From assembly GCA_047495785.1 (NCBI GenBank), contig JBLDXI010000056.1, positions 310,001 through 374,000 of the forward strand: a stretch of 64,000 bases of DNA, read 5' to 3'. How positions within the stretch are numbered: position 1 is the first letter of the stretch; each line of letters opens with the position of its first letter. Below are positions 53,703 through 64,000 of the stretch, in pieces. Under the pieces are notes generated by a model. It searched no databases, was not told where the DNA came from, and saw only the letters and a list, made by a program, of their open reading frames with translations. Position numbers and translations under genes: made by a program. The DNA is from Lepidodermella squamata (Eukaryota > Animalia > Gastrotricha).

Positions 53703-54440
53703 CAGGTCCCGGGTTACCGGGGACTGCTGTTAGTCGGCAGACCCCCTCCCCGTTTTTCTCCGTTTGTCCTTGACGCCCGCGGCAAATGCCGTTCGTGTCA
53801 TTTACATTCTTCAAAATTTGTTAAACGTTACTTGAGTAATATAAAAATTAAATAAAAATTTAAAATGACCTTGAACATTTTATTTTCAATTTTTTGGCGC
53901 GTGACTTCAGGTTTCCCGTCAGGCGATACCGACCTGTCGAATTAATGCGTGAAATTTTGTCAGGATTCAGTTGACGATTCAGGATTAGTGAATATCAAAA
54001 AACTAGCATGGTATTGCATTCAGGAATGGAACAGTTACATTAATAAGTTGATACTATTTTGCTTTGCGGAGCAACCCAGCTGCGTACAAATATCTGCCTA
54101 ATTTCGGAAGTGCGCCAAAATATCGGTATCGGTGTATTGCGCGCACTTGCGCGATAATTAGCGATAATAGACCATTAGACGCACACGCAGAATGGTCGTA
54201 ATGATCGTGTGGCAAATGGAAGTGCGTAAGTAAGAAGTGTGTAGGATTGATTGATGGACAATTTTAGTCAGACGTTATTCTTCGCTGCCAATGACCGCGA
54301 CATTGGGTGAACAGAATTATTCCGCAACCATAAGCCTGACACCTCGCTGGAAAAATCAGTCAGCTGTTGCCTTCCAATTGGAGAGTTTAAATATTACCAG
54401 AAAATCGATGAACATTAGTACATTGATTGAAACATTGGTT
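53703..54440 (+). repeat. Interspersed repeat, copy 1 (uninterrupted); copy 2 is 55906-55947 + 61995-about 62400, split by the 6-kb TIR element
   Basis: CAGGTCCCGGGTTACCGGGGACTGCTGTTAGTCGGCAGACCC is identical at both sites; collinear similarity continues for about 350 bp after 61995, then becomes patchy. Confidence 0.9.
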
Positions 54441-54456
54441 GTTGATGGTTTATAGT

Positions 54457-54905
54457 TGTTACATTGAGAGTGTCGAATCGTTGAAAGTGCACTTTCCACG
54501 CACGAATTTCCATTGAAAGTGAACTTTCAATATTGAAAGTATACTATCCCCCATGGAAAGTATACTCTCAATAAAAAGATATGCATTGAGAGTAGACGCT
54601 AACAAATGTCCATTGTTTCTCCCGTCTTGAGCAGCCAAAAGAGTACTCTCAATAAAAGGATGGAACATCTTTTGCGTGGAAAGTATACTCTCCATGAAAT
54701 GATCGAGTTTCTTTAGCATGGAAAGTTCACATTCAATAAGTGATATCGTGGAAAGTAAACTCTCAATGAGCGTCTTTTTATTGAAAGTATACTCTCCATG
54801 GGGGAAAGTGTACTTTCAATATTGAAAGTTCACTTTTTCTCACTTTCAATGAAAAAAGGCCCATTGAGAGTTAACTCTCAACGATTCGACACTCTCAATG
54901 CAACA
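54457..54905. mobile_element. Foldback MITE with TGT...ACA ends (Ginger-like), 449 bp
   Basis: Ends TGTTACATTGAGAGTGTCGAATCGTTGA and TCAACGATTCGACACTCTCAATGCAACA; long imperfect arms built from GAAAGTATACTCTC units; flanks TAGT/TAAT. Confidence 0.85.
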
Positions 54906-54929
54906 TAATCATGTTTAAGAAAAACACAT

Positions 54930-55029
54930 TTGCCTTACGCGCACTTGCTTCGCAGTGTGACGTAATGGGCAGGTCCCAATTATTTTCCCTCCTGGTATCT
55001 GGGATCCTGAACTTGTGATCATTTGAACA
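54930..55029 (+). repeat. About 100-bp repeat with a GCTTCGC-loop hairpin; inverted partner at 63181-63279
   Basis: CTTACGCGCACTTGCTTCGCAGTG(T/C)GACGTAATGGGCAGGTCCCAATTATTTT.. occurs in both orientations. Confidence 0.9.
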
Positions 55030-56569
55030 GTGGGACTGTTAACATGCTCGCTTTCGCTCGCATATGTAAACAGTCCCAAAGCTTCTCCATATGATGAACA
55101 TTTATCAGTCTTATTTTCTGTCATTTTTACCATCCACTTTCTTCTGTCTCCACTCGCATTAGCAGTGTCGCCTATAATCTTCATAGTCGTTTATCGTTTA
55201 TCGTATGATCGTTTCCATCTTTTATATCCCCTGTTTTCCTAACAAAAGTAATAATGATAGTTTTTCAAGAGTTAAAGAAAATCGGCTTAGCCACAGCCGA
55301 GTCGAGATACCTCAGAATAACGCAAAATTCCTTACCAACCGTAGATATAAACGATGGCCATATCCCATATCGTGCCTTAACTATTTTTTGCTCTTCATTT
55401 TGTTTTAAAATAATATGCGACGATATACAAACGTTTACATGGGCAGTAAGTCATTTGAAAGGGCATGAGCTCGTATAGCTCCGCTATTCCCGCATAGACA
55501 TAATTTAAGATGGACTGACTACCCCTTCCATTCCCTTCATACACCAATGTAAATCCCATGTACAGATTGCAATGTTTCTTACCGACTCGTTTGAACGAAT
55601 CTGCATGAAGAATGAAAATAACACAATTTCCTTAATCTTCGCATTATATTAGCATTGATTTTTTGATACAAGCCTCCAGTCAACAGATTGAGTTTAGCTT
55701 GAAGTTAAAGTTGGTCTTGCAGAGAATTCCCGATAAAATAGTGATTGTGCCATCTGAGCAGTAAAACATTGCTTGACTTTCTAACAGAATCAACCACCCT
55801 GCCGATGATAGTAACATTGGGTAAACAATAATTATTCCACAACCATTTACGTCTTACACCTTACAACTCGCTATAGAAAATAATATAGTATCACCTGTTG
55901 CCTTTCAGGTCCCGGGTTACCGGGGACTGCTGTTAGTCGGCAGACCCCGGTGCGCGCGCGTCATAAGGGCCCAGCGATCCCCGGATATTTTCGTCCAACC
56001 CGCAAACTATAAAAAATAATAATTATGAAAATATTATTACGCAACTTCCTTGTTATATAAATATTTATTTGTCTGCCTTAAAACGAATGATTTATAAATA
56101 TATATCAAAATTGCAATTTTCTACTTCCTTTGTCGGCTTTTTGTTGTTTTGCGCTTATAGTTTTCTGCATTTCTTTTCGTTAGCCGTTTTGAAATTTTTG
56201 AAATTCGCGCTCAGTGTCCTTGTCGCAAGCAGAGTCATCTGACGGGCGCATTTCATGTGACCAAGAAGTGACCGGCACGTGACGCGCGAGTTAAACTTTA
56301 CTCAATAATGTGTTATCTCATATAATCTTATTGGTAATAAGCGAAAAAACTAAAAACTGACAGTTGATTATGCGTAGTAACTAGAAGCGTGCTTAGTTTT
56401 CTATCTAGCCCTGGCCTGCGCGTCGTGTTTTTTTTACATAACCCCGATGACCGGTCAACCTAGGTCCTAGGTGTGACAGTTCTGCAGGTTTTTCACTCGT
56501 TTCACGTACTATGTATTATGCTAATCGAACTGATCGAACTCGGCCAGCTGTTGAACATAATCCTTGTAA

Positions 56570-58000
56570 ATCTTATAGATCCTCGTAAAACATAGGTTAT
56601 CGAACATTGCTATTCGAGTTCACCCCACTCTCTCCGACTTTGTCGTTCTAAATTCTAATAAGAAATAAGATCTGCATTAAACATGTGTACGATCTTTCGT
56701 AATTCTAAATCCTTACTTGCCTCTTGATTATGCCAGCTCAATCAGCGCTAAGGATATCGTTGCCTGGGTAAACTCATCACGACAGCATCTTTTTTTATGA
56801 TTTTCATTTTTCATGATTTAAGCACTTGGAATTACTTCCCTTCCCCTATCGCCATGAGTCAGTTCTTCCGGAAACTTGAATCTTCCTCTTAGATCGATTT
56901 CTGAAAGCAAAACACGAGGAAAATTCATTCTCGAGTCTTGACCAATAACGCAGAGGAAGATTTAACTGTCCACAACTCGGCGCCTGATTGAAAGATGAAA
57001 CCAACGAATGGATGCATGCATGTAAACCCCTTTTTTATCAAGTATTGTGCGAATATACCACATACCACATACCAGACTGACGGAAAGTTTATAGATTGCT
57101 GGGCTAGCTACTAAAAGTTAGGAAGGAGAAATTGCTTTATATTTTGTTGAAGTTGAAAGTTATGTTACTAAGTGTTCGATTGCTGACCACTGACCATCAG
57201 TTGTCAGTTAGTATTCTCTCAAATGATTATATGGCCCTCTTATTGGTAGGAATAACTTAGTGAGTTTTGCAAAACAGCCTTACGAAATTCAGGCTAATGC
57301 AGAGAACATTATTTTCATCGCTTCTCTAGTCTGATCTACTCAAGTTTCATTCTTATTTAGACTTGTGTTCTAATTGCCGTGTGAAGCATGAAGAATCAGC
57401 ATATATCCAACGCCTCTCCTGGATTCAATGGCGCGTCAATTGAGTTCCGAACGACCTTGTATGGTACAGATTGGTATCATTACACATCACACGTTCTATT
57501 AGAGTTATCTTGCGCCGTGTAGCTTAATATTGGTTGGTTGAAATCGTGTTTTCAGCCTCGAATAAAAAGTCTAGATTGACCTTGCATCAATCTCAACGTC
57601 TTTCGAGTTGAATGGTTATTATCAACTCGAGCCTATCGCCAAGGAATTGCAACGTCGGAATTCTCAGTGGTTACAAATAAGTGTTCCTGCTTAAAGATGA
57701 TGCTGCTGATGGCTATGCTGCTAGATTCCTAAATATGCCTCTGGTGGTATGTTATTATTTCTAATATTGTTCCAATTGGGTATTTTAACATTTTGTTTTT
57801 AGATCTATCGCTCTTTCAACTTTTGAAGATGGCGCTAGCTCTCAGCACTTCGCGGGAGCAGTTGTCGAGTCAGTTATCAACATTTGGAGGTTGGAATTGA
57901 AGGATCTAGGCTGATATATTCTTCAGATTTTCATGGAGAACTTGTATTAGCCGCTGTTAACTGTTAACCAATGAATCTTTCGACACATTCTGGGGTCTGC
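56570..58000 (+). pseudogene. Unidentified decayed intron-containing gene inside the TIR element
   Basis: Short protein-like frames broken by stops; typical AT-rich intron GTATGT...TTTTAG at about 57747-57802. Confidence 0.35.
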
Positions 58001-59004
58001 GAAGTTTGGCCCCGCATTCTCGTTATAACGTGCGAGATATCTATACCTAGCGAACGATAGGTACATTGCATGATGAATGACAAGCCTGTGTGAAGTTTTT
58101 ATCTTCATTTAGACCTTATTAGAAAAATATACCTTGGCATGCGATGTTTTGCGATGTTTTTATAATCAGTCATTTCACGTGATTTTGCTCGATAAGAGTC
58201 AGGCTTAAATAAATTATGATAGCTTTTGCTGGGGAATTCACTGTTTTTAACCTTCATTTTTTGCCTGAACTAACTTTTAACTAACTTTTTCATGATAGCT
58301 TATTGGCTTGATTATGATAAAGGATAGGTACGACGCATGATATATTATTTACAAATTTATCCGAAGCTGAATGTATCGAAGATTTACGTGATATAGACAC
58401 AGCCTACATACAGCATGCTATTGGGCTCATTTATTTGAAGTGAAATGAATTGATTTATATGAATCGATTCGAGTTGAATTTTAGGTTTGAGGTATAGAGC
58501 GATTGAGAGCTGATTAAATTTATTTCGCCAGAGTTGCCACTCACGAGCTGAGTTTTAGAACTGGTTCCACGACTGTCAAGCCAGTCCTACTTACTATTGT
58601 CAATTCAAGGTCCGTTCTTCAGACTCAGCGCTAGCCTGAGTTTTATTAACCAATACCGATCGGATAAACCTCGACCAGGAATTCGCGAGATCAGGAATAA
58701 TCTTTCGAATTGGCTTGGAACTTTTAATTCAGTGAATAGCGAATGACGAGAGCACACATTTATTTTCGCATGGGACTGTGGACTGGCAACTATCAGGTAT
58801 AGCTTGAACTAAAGCTCTTCAATCTTGCGGACTCGATTTTTTTTCTTACTCTTGAAATCGTCTCTGAATATAATCGATAAATCCCGAATTTTCCTCTACA
58901 TCATCTTTAATCAACCCATAGATGATCAACATTCGGTCAAAATTGAGCAAGAATGTGTTATACCGTTATCACTAGAATGAAAGTGACCACCCTTCTTCCA
59001 TCTA

Positions 59005-59077
59005 GCCGAGATAGCTCAGTTGGGAGAGCGTTAGACTGAAGATCTAAAGGTCCCTGGTTCGATCCCGGGTCTCGGCG
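59005..59077 (+). tRNA. tRNA-Phe(GAA)
   Basis: Canonical cloverleaf GCCGAGATAGCTCAG..CTGAAGA..GGTTCGATCCC..CTCGGCG; downstream TTTTT. Confidence 0.97.
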
Positions 59078-59145
59078 TACCTTTTTGCGCTGCCTTTGGC
59101 CTGTCCTAATGCTATGTTAGAAGCCCACGAGGGTTTTCTATCGTA

Positions 59146-59217
59146 GGCCCGTTGGTCTAGGAGTACGATTCTCGCTTTGGGTGCGAGAGGTCTCTGGTTC
59201 AATTCCCGAACGGGCCC
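59146..59217 (+). tRNA. tRNA-Pro(TGG), slightly degenerate
   Basis: GGCCCGTTGGTCTAG..TTTGGGT..GGTTCAATTCC..CGGGCCC; one T-stem mismatch and a D-loop G>A change. Confidence 0.88.
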
Positions 59218-59293
59218 ACTAGTTTTTTCTTCATTTGAATTTCAACAAGGTATTGAAAATTTATCACATAATCCAGGCATTTTATTTCATATC

Positions 59294-59365
59294 TCCCTGA
59301 TGGTCTAGTGGTTAGGATTCCGCGCTTTCACCGCGGCGGCCCGGGTTCGATTCCCGGTCATGGAA
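59294..59365 (+). tRNA. tRNA-Glu(TTC)
   Basis: TCCCTGATGGTCTAGTGG..CTTTCAC..GGTTCGATTCCC; one acceptor-stem mismatch. Confidence 0.92.
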
Positions 59366-59579
59366 AGTTTTACTATGAAATGAGTTTTTTTTTAAAAATC
59401 ACTGCTTATCGCAAAAAATCGAGCTCAGGAGCTCAGGAAAAATCGAGCTTAGAATGCTCAATCTTCCGCTACCTGGGCAGACACTCTATCACTAAGCTAC
59501 TATCCCTTTGGCTTAGATGGCCATGCAGTCCCAAATTTAAGCTGCCGAAGCAAAAGATTCGTGAAAATTTTGTTTTTGT

Positions 59580-59653
59580 AGGATACTTACGGGTGCCGAT
59601 CCCGTTGCCTCTCGCATGTTAGGCGAGCGCTCTACCATTTGAGCTAATGCCCC
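59580..59653 (-). pseudogene. tRNA-Ala-derived gene with anticodon AAC, probably a pseudogene
   Basis: GGGGCATTAGCTCAAATGGTAGAGCGCTCGC CTAACAT GCGAG..GGGATCG is an Ala(AGC) body; the 3' acceptor strand has a mismatch plus an extra base. Confidence 0.8.
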
Positions 59654-59728
59654 ATGTGTTTGAGTCAATATTTATAACAAAGGCATTCTCAACAATAACG
59701 TAAAACTAGCAGTAAGTTTTTGAAAAGT

Positions 59729-59805
59729 TGGCGCCCATCGGGAGACTCGAACCCCAGAAACTGCGATTAACTGCTCACGGGAGACCAGGGTTCGATTGCA
59801 TGCCA
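59729..59805. pseudogene. Fused tRNA remnants: minus-strand 3' half (Asn-like GTT loop) back-to-back with a plus-strand 3' half (Asp/Gly-like)
   Basis: Minus: CAGTTAA..GGGGTTCGAGTCTCC..GGCGCCA; plus: GGGAGACCAGGGTTCGATT. Confidence 0.6.
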
Positions 59806-59866
59806 AGAGCTAGCTTTTTCCTCGATTTGAAAGCTGAACTATGCGTGTTGGCCAAAAATGTACAAT

Positions 59867-59939
59867 CGCCCGATGTGGGGCTCGAACCCACGACCCTGGG
59901 ATTAAGAGTCCCATGCTCTACCGACTGAGCTAACCGGGC
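59867..59939 (-). tRNA. tRNA-Lys(CTT)
   Basis: GCCCGGTTAGCTCAGTCGGTAGAGCATGGGACTCTTAATCCCAGGGTCGTGGGTTCGAGCCCCACATCGGGCG; TTTTT terminator downstream. Confidence 0.98.
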
Positions 59940-60196
59940 TGAGACAGAGTAGTGTACTGCTACATTTTATATTTCCTTACTGTTATTACTTCTGGATTAA
60001 AAGCAATCGCAGAAAAAATTAAATGGTCGCGTGCTCTTTGAACCAACCAATCACGGACTTGAAACCAACCGACCAATCAGATAATTGTGGATTCACTGAT
60101 TCCACTAAGTCCTTATTTTTAAATTTGTTGGTTACACACTCACGCCTTTTAATTTAGATATTTAACTCAATTTAAAACATTCCAATTTCTCGAAGA

Positions 60197-61290
60197 TGGC
60201 CGTAGGTCCACCACCGATGAGCATGTCTACTACAACCTTTCCAACACCACCTGGAGCAGGGATTTTTTCGCCATCCGTTGTGTTCAAAGTATCTCGACTT
60301 TCCCGAACGAAAGAAGATCAAGTTATCAGAATTTATCGATAATGCGAATTGCGAACTCGCATATACGCCAGGTTTCGAGATAGTGGATCTTCAGATTTCG
60401 AACTGCCGGAGCCAATCATTCGAAAATCGAAGTGGAACTGTACGGAATGTTCTGTTTCTGTCAACTGTTTCTGTTAAGCTAGAATTCATTTGGACGAAAC
60501 TAAACCAGTGGGAACTTTGGCGCGTGGCTCGTGGCTCGAAGAATGGCTCATTTCTCAACCGAGGTTGGCAGACGGCAATTAAACAACAAATCCAAGGCTC
60601 GGGAATTATGTAAATTTCTAAATTCACAATTAGTTTTCTTATTGTGTTCGTATTTTTTCCTTATAGAATCTTGTCAAAGCCCTGGCTGGATTATTATTAC
60701 TACAATCTGATATATTACGAGTGGGAAACTCGATCCGAAGAGCAAGCTTCCAATAACAATAAAGCCGTGCCAATCGGCGACTTTTTAACACGCCTCGTTT
60801 CATGCCATACTCAGCTCGGCGTTTTAAATTAAGTTACAAACTGTGAAAAGTGCTCTCAGGTTTCTCGCCAAGCTTCGAATGCATCTTTGACTACTTCGAT
60901 CGTGGATTTCGGACATCAAACTGAGCCCTTGACAGAGTTATCTGTTATCGAGCCCTGATTTCTGGCGAGGCTTTGAACTCTGAATGAAATCGAACCCTGG
61001 CATCAGTCAGCCAACAAACAGAGGAATGAATAATTTTAAATACAACCGATTTGGTTCACTGGCGAACTGTGGCGCGGATTTAAACACTTTGCGAAGCGAT
61101 TTGTTGGAACTGCTTTCTCTCGTCTCAAGTTGTCGAGATAGATAACAAATTCTTCATTTTCGAATGTTCATAATGCTTTTCGGTTCTTGTTGAATGGATT
61201 TTGGATTCGATTTTGAACTTTCATGCTGGCTTCAATGCTGGCTTTGATTTAGCGAAAATCAATCGAACTTGTATTTGGGCTGGAACCTTT
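60197..61290 (+). pseudogene. Decayed KDM4-like JmjC histone demethylase gene inside the TIR element
   Basis: Collinear motif resemblances: RKKIKLSEFIDNANCELAYTP (about 60308), QWELWRV, ILSKPWL after an intron at about 60610-60666, FGHQTE..LSV (60908), FHAGFNAGFDLA (61219). Many stops and frameshifts. Confidence 0.55.
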
Positions 61291-63180
61291 TCTGAAGCTG
61301 CGCACGCATAAACTTTCAAATTATTATGGATGAACGGCTCAACGAATTTGACCAAACATCATTCTGCGCTGGCTTTACTCCTCTTTCTTATTTATGATTA
61401 TTTCGTCTTTCTATGCGAAATTATTCGTGGCTTCGAGAAATTTCTTATTGCAAATAAACCAAACATCGTGGTCTGCCAATTTGTTTTTTCTTTATGATTT
61501 GAGTTTAAGGCATGGAAAACCGAAATTGAAAAATCCAGCGGAAGCGATTATGAACATTTAAAAATATTCCCGATCGATTGATAAAGTTCGCGGTTTTACA
61601 GTTTAATATGTAATTATTGGACACGGCGATAAGCAGAAAAAGCCGCTAAGCGTATATTTTTTGCCAACTAGGATGCTGCTGCTCTGAAAGTTCAAGGAGG
61701 TAGATTCCAATCAGAAAATAAGTTTTATAATAATGATCATATTACGCGCTACGCTCGCGTAATTTTGGTATTATTATATGCCGTAGTATAACGCATATAT
61801 TAATGCTCTTAATAATAAGCAAAGTACGCAAGCGCCTGAAATCGCGATTTTACGTCATTTCAACCCGAAAAATTGTTCGATTTCAATTTTGAGCGATTTT
61901 AAAGTGATAGGGACGTCATTTCCTATCGAATGATACCTTTCAAGCGGTCAAATAGGTCTCCGGCGAGTTGGGCCCTTATGACGCGCGCGCATCGACCCCC
62001 TCCCCGTTTTTCTCCGTTTGTCCTTGACGCCCGCGGCAAATGCCATTCATTTCATTTACATGTTTAAAAATTTGCTGAAAGTTAGTTGAGTAATATTAAA
62101 ACAAAATAAAAATTTGAAATGACCTTGAAAAATTTATTTTCAATTTTTTGGCGTGTGACTTCGAGTTTTCCGTCAGGCTCTACCTACCGACCTGTCAGGA
62201 TTGAGTTGATGATTCAGGATTAGTGAGTATGAGTATCAAAAAAATATCAAGGTTTTGCATTCAGGAATGGAACATTTACATTATTAATTTGATACTATTT
62301 TGCTTTGCGTCCGCGTACAAATATCTGCCTTTCTAACTGGAGAATTTGAATGTTAGCCGACAGAAAATCGATCAATAAAATAGAAACATTGTTGAAACAT
62401 TACTTTTTGAGAGTTCTGTATATTTGTAGTATCGTATAACGCAATTTCTCCCAATAGCCGATTGAGATATCCCAATGTGCAATCCGAATTGTTCCCAACG
62501 TCATTTTCAGCTATTTTAAACAGTTTTTTTTTAAATTTGGAAACCAAGCAAGATTGCAGAATAGCCCTTCGCCTATCTAGCAGAGCCCATTTTCCCTAAT
62601 AACTTGTTCCGTAACTGCGTGTTCTATGAGTTATTAAAAAGCTAGCATATTTTCACTGTAACAGTCTTCTGGCCTTCTAGGTCCATTTAAACTCTTTATT
62701 AATCAATTTGCAGACCAATCGATAGGGCTCTTCATGCTCTTTAATATGATGTGATACATTATAATTCAATAACCTGAAGGCTGATGAAAACAATAGGCAA
62801 AAAGCAACTTTCGGATTGCTCATTGAGACATCTCTATCGGCAATTGGGGGATTGCCAATACAATATACAATACTACATATTAATTATTACGAAACATATG
62901 CGAACTTGTCCAATGCATTACAATGATGAAACATTTATCAGCCTCAATTCTACCATGCACTTACTAAAATTTGGTCACATTTTGACGTATTCTGTTATTC
63001 GTAACGTAGAGCCATTTACCACCAAATTTTTGAAAGTAATATCCTATCAAAGCCGTTCCCAGAGACTTTGAGTCCCAGACCTTACGACAGACCTTAGGAA
63101 GAAGACTGCTTAGGAAAATTCTTGATTTCGTTTCGAAATGTAAAATCGATGCGCTTGGTCCAGGTTCGGACGAAATGATA

Positions 63181-63279
63181 TGTTGAAATGATCGCCAGTT
63201 CAGGATCCCATTTCCAGGAGGAAAAATAATTGGGACCTGCCCATTACGTCGCACTGCGAAGCAAGTGCGCGTAAGACAA
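63181..63279 (-). repeat. Inverted copy of 54930-55029
   Basis: Reverse-complement match read directly. Confidence 0.9.
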
Positions 63280-64000
63280 TGATTTTAGGGATGCATTGAC
63301 AGATCGATCGAATCAAAAGGTTTGGACGGGTGTGAGGATCGCCACTGCGAAATAGTCAAAAATTCCCGATTCAGCCGTTGGTTGCGTTGGAAACTGGCAC
63401 AACTCGTGGTGTTATAAAACTGGCCCAGAGGTGAGACGAGAGAAGCCAACTTCGAACAAACTCGCGTAACACACAACGCATAGCAACATACCGCAAAACA
63501 GCAGCAAATATCAGCAGAATTTGCGTAACAAATGATCAATTTTTTATTAAATAACATTATTGTTACACAATTTGAAATAAAATATTTTTTTAGCGTCCAT
63601 AGCAACGGCGTGTGATCCTGTTCACGTTGCCCGGAACGTGTTTTCTTACCGAACGGTACATGTTTGTCTCATTTGCATTCGCGTGTACTTCTGTCTTCCA
63701 TTAGTCTCCTGCGCCTGACTGGTTGTTAAGGTTCTTTCGTTGATTTAATGCCACGACTAAGCTGTTTGCTGTTCATCGGCAGTTCGAATCTGAGCGGTTG
63801 CGCGTGAGAGCCATAAGCTTAGTACTTGAGTGGAAATTCCGTCGTTAATCTTAGTTATTGAGTAAAATCAACTTGCAAACCAAAATGTAACGTTAGATTA
63901 CGCCCCGCCCGACAATAGTTGAGGCTCCTTGTGATCGCATTAGAAAGGGCGGTCACACGCAGAGCGACTGCTTGCAGCCGGTTCCTGAACCAATGCTTCT

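Larger units (their letters stand above)
55948..61994. mobile_element. 6047-bp TIR DNA element carrying a tRNA cluster and decayed genes; superfamily unassigned
   Basis: 26-bp TIR CG(G/A)TGCGCGCGCGTCATAAGGGCCCA (25/26) at 55948-55973 and 61969-61994; TSD ACCC (or GACCCC if the ends are 55949/61993); empty site at about 53740. Confidence 0.93.

Noticed and set aside
53888-53925. AATTTTTTGG Sm-like site followed by a weak hairpin (SL RNA or snRNA?)
   Set aside because: Lies inside an interspersed repeat, with no leader/donor or snRNA 5' structure.
63886-64000. TGTAAC start of a possible LTR
   Set aside because: Only 115 bp visible; no second LTR, PBS or ORF to support it.

Overview
Gene-dense animal nuclear DNA (GT-AG introns, many about 50-60 nt; species not identifiable from sequence alone). 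1-3.9 kb: an apparently intact non-LTR retrotransposon on the minus strand, with ORF1 and the APE/RT ORF2 in one frame and separated by a single TAG. 4.8-51.8 kb: spliced genes, namely USF3-like bHLH, AFF/lilliputian, ZC3H15, Arp3, an orphan transmembrane gene, a vWA/mucin-like gene, a PRISE-family reductase (HGT candidate), IQCB1, ERP44, SMARCE1, a stand-alone BAF57-like HMG box, TAX1BP1/CALCOCO and IFT57. This block also holds an intronic piggyBac derivative, a nested micro-ORF, and pogo and ankyrin relics. 52.9-63.3 kb: a repeat nest with a tRNA-derived SINE, a Ginger-like MITE and, most notably, a 6.05-kb element with 26-bp TIRs and a TSD. An empty-site copy of its target lies 2.2 kb upstream, and it carries a tRNA cluster plus a decayed KDM4-like JmjC gene. 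All exon models and motif matches were made by hand; no database search was run.
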